A stretch of 52,738 nt of DNA from a virus. Shown in pieces: positions 51,225 to 52,738 of this stretch. Below the pieces are notes generated by a model, which searched no databases, had not been told where the DNA came from, and worked only from the letters and a program-made list of their open reading frames with translations. The DNA lies in IMG/VR virus record IMGVR_UViG_3300029821_000006, positions 1 through 52,738 of that record; one strand, 5' to 3'. Each line of letters opens with the position of its first letter. Within the stretch, counting starts at the first letter, position 1. The position numbers and the translations under genes are program-made.

Positions 51225-52673
51225 GTGAACATAAACGCAGTAGTAGATTATTTAAACAAAGCGAACGGCTATGACGTGCCGACCAGCTATTATGCCTACA
51301 TTCAAGAGTGGGAAGACTGGTGGAAGGGGTACTATAAACCGTTCCATGATTTCACTGAGACAGGGTACAGCGGGAAAACGAAAAAGCGTCAGATCTATTC
51401 CCTGAAAATGGCAAAGAAAGTATGTGAAGATTGGGCCAGTATTCTGCTTAATGAGAAAACCGAGATAGTAGTTGATAAGAATAAGAACAACGATTTTGTT
51501 GATTCTGTTTTTGAACTCAACAATTTCTGGCAATCAGCAAATGAATTGATTGAGAAAACATTCTATTCAGGAACCGGCGCCTTTGTTTTGCGCTTTGAAA
51601 ACCTTATGCTGGTTGGTGAAAAAGCCATCGGCGATAAGAATACAGAGATCCGCATTGAATTCCTGGACGCTTTAAACATCATCCCATTATCGATTAAATA
51701 TGGGAATATTGTTGATGTAGCCTTTGTTTCAGACGTGATGCTGGGAGGCAAAAACTACGTTTACGTCGAGACGCACATTTTGACTGACGCCGGCTATGAT
51801 GTTACGAACCGATATTTTAAAGAAGATGCCGGAACATTAAACCCGATCCCGTTACCGGAAGGGATGATTGAAGGGTTCTCGACCCAGTCAGACATCCCAT
51901 TATTTTCAATCATCAAGCCGAACATCGTCAACACAATTGATGGAGCCAATGGACTGGGAATGTCGGTGTTTGCAAACTCTATCGATAACCTCCAGGGCGT
52001 GGATCTGTGCTATAACAACTTCAATCGAGATTTTAAGCTGGGCGGGAAAAAGGTCTTTATCAATGCTTCGCTTGTGACGACAAGCGACAGCGGGGAGAAA
52101 ATTACCCCGGATGATACGGCGCAACAGCTGTTCATTCAGTTCGGCGACGACTTCCTTGATAAGAATGGCAGCAACAAACTGATTCAAGAGTTTAACCCGT
52201 CGCTGAGGGTTCAGGAAAACATTGACGGCTTACAGGCCCAGTTGGACTACCTGAGTTTTAAGTGCGGGTTTGGAACCAAGCATTATCAATTTAATGCCGG
52301 CACGATTATCACAGCGACTCAGTACGTCGGTGATAAACAGGAACTGATGCAGAATGCCAGCAAGAATTACATCGTCGTTGAGCGGTCATTGAAAACATTG
52401 GTCAGATCAATCATGTGGGCTGGTAAAAACATTTGTGGAATTGCGCTGGATGAAGACCCAGATATCAAGGTGATCTTTGATGACAGCTATATTGTTGACA
52501 AAGAGTCGGAACTATTGGCCATGCAGCAAGACGTTGCCAGCGGATTGGTTCGGCCAGAGCTGTACATTGCCAAGAAATACGGCGTGACTGAAGAAGAAGC
52601 GCTTAAGATGATGCCAGCTGCAAGCACGACGGTTCCAAGTAATCCATTCGGTGAAGGGCCTGGTACTGAATAA
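51225..52673 (+). CDS. Portal protein (SPP1 gp6-like)
   Basis: 482 aa directly after terL, with a GTG start. Its 3' end lies in the terminal repeat. Confidence 0.9.
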   Translation: MNINAVVDYLNKANGYDVPTSYYAYIQEWEDWWKGYYKPFHDFTETGYSGKTKKRQIYSLKMAKKVCEDWASILLNEKTEIVVDKNKNNDFVDSVFELNNFWQSANELIEKTFYSGTGAFVLRFENLMLVGEKAIGDKNTEIRIEFLDALNIIPLSIKYGNIVDVAFVSDVMLGGKNYVYVETHILTDAGYDVTNRYFKEDAGTLNPIPLPEGMIEGFSTQSDIPLFSIIKPNIVNTIDGANGLGMSVFANSIDNLQGVDLCYNNFNRDFKLGGKKVFINASLVTTSDSGEKITPDDTAQQLFIQFGDDFLDKNGSNKLIQEFNPSLRVQENIDGLQAQLDYLSFKCGFGTKHYQFNAGTIITATQYVGDKQELMQNASKNYIVVERSLKTLVRSIMWAGKNICGIALDEDPDIKVIFDDSYIVDKESELLAMQQDVASGLVRPELYIAKKYGVTEEEALKMMPAASTTVPSNPFGEGPGTE

Positions 52674-52738
52674 TGCTGACCCCGGAACAATTAAAGATAA
52701 TCCCGGAAGGTATGGTGGGCCTTTACCAAGATCTAGAA
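52612..52738. repeat. Terminal direct repeat, copy 2 (identical to 1-127)
   Basis: Exact 127-nt identity with the window start. Confidence 0.9.

Noticed and set aside
1-52738. Known multi-gene defence or accessory systems (CRISPR-Cas, retron/RT, CBASS cyclase, restriction-modification with cognate endonuclease, DGR)
   Set aside because: No reverse transcriptase, cyclase, cas, helicase-nuclease or restriction-endonuclease signatures were seen in any frame. The only methyltransferase appears to be an orphan.

Overview
The window is a complete, circularly closed genome of a temperate siphovirus-type tailed phage. Bases 1-127 are repeated exactly at 52612-52738, so the unique length is 52,611 bp. 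The host is probably Gram-positive and Clostridia/Firmicutes-like, judged from ChW cell-wall-binding repeats, a Cheo-type LexA box, an ImmA/XRE immunity pair and AGGAGG ribosome-binding sites (RBS). Gene order: head morphogenesis protein, five tiny ORFs, scaffold, major capsid, connectors, major tail protein, chaperone/Gp15, tape measure with an M23 peptidase, Dit, a 1382-aa Tal/fibre with 12 ChW repeats and an S74 chaperone domain, an SGNH-esterase-like fibre, two holin-type proteins and a GH25 + M15 endolysin. Next comes an accessory island (20.7-25.1 kb) with a Xer-like tyrosine recombinase, a Panacea (DUF4065) antitoxin-like gene coupled to an unclassifiable 114-aa partner, two tiny convergent genes and a secreted LRR + ChW protein. 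After a non-coding region with attP candidates lies a minus-strand lysogeny block: large serine integrase, ImmA protease behind a perfect LexA box, a DUF3862-like membrane protein, a stand-alone HsdR-N/PD-(D/E)xK nuclease-like protein and an XRE repressor. A four-operator divergent switch follows, then the early region: Cro-like protein, antirepressor, SMC-like ATPase, RecT, a frameshifted metallo-beta-lactamase (MBL) nuclease, HNH, SSB, a replisome organizer with internal iterons, many Cys-rich mini-proteins and RusA. The genome ends with a PP-loop ATPase / ASCH / N6-methyltransferase cluster, a late regulator, abutting tRNA-Asn and tRNA-Ser, TerS, TerL and the portal. The best candidates for undescribed biology are (1) the Panacea-domain pair with an unknown partner, (2) the insulated nuclease-like gene and membrane protein inside the lysogeny block, (3) ChW cell-wall-binding modules shared between the tail tip protein and a prophage-encoded secreted LRR protein, which may mask the receptor, (4) two recombinases of different families, one next to a lox-like palindrome, and (5) direct SOS (LexA box) wiring of immA-int. 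All family names are by-eye motif recognition; no searches were run.
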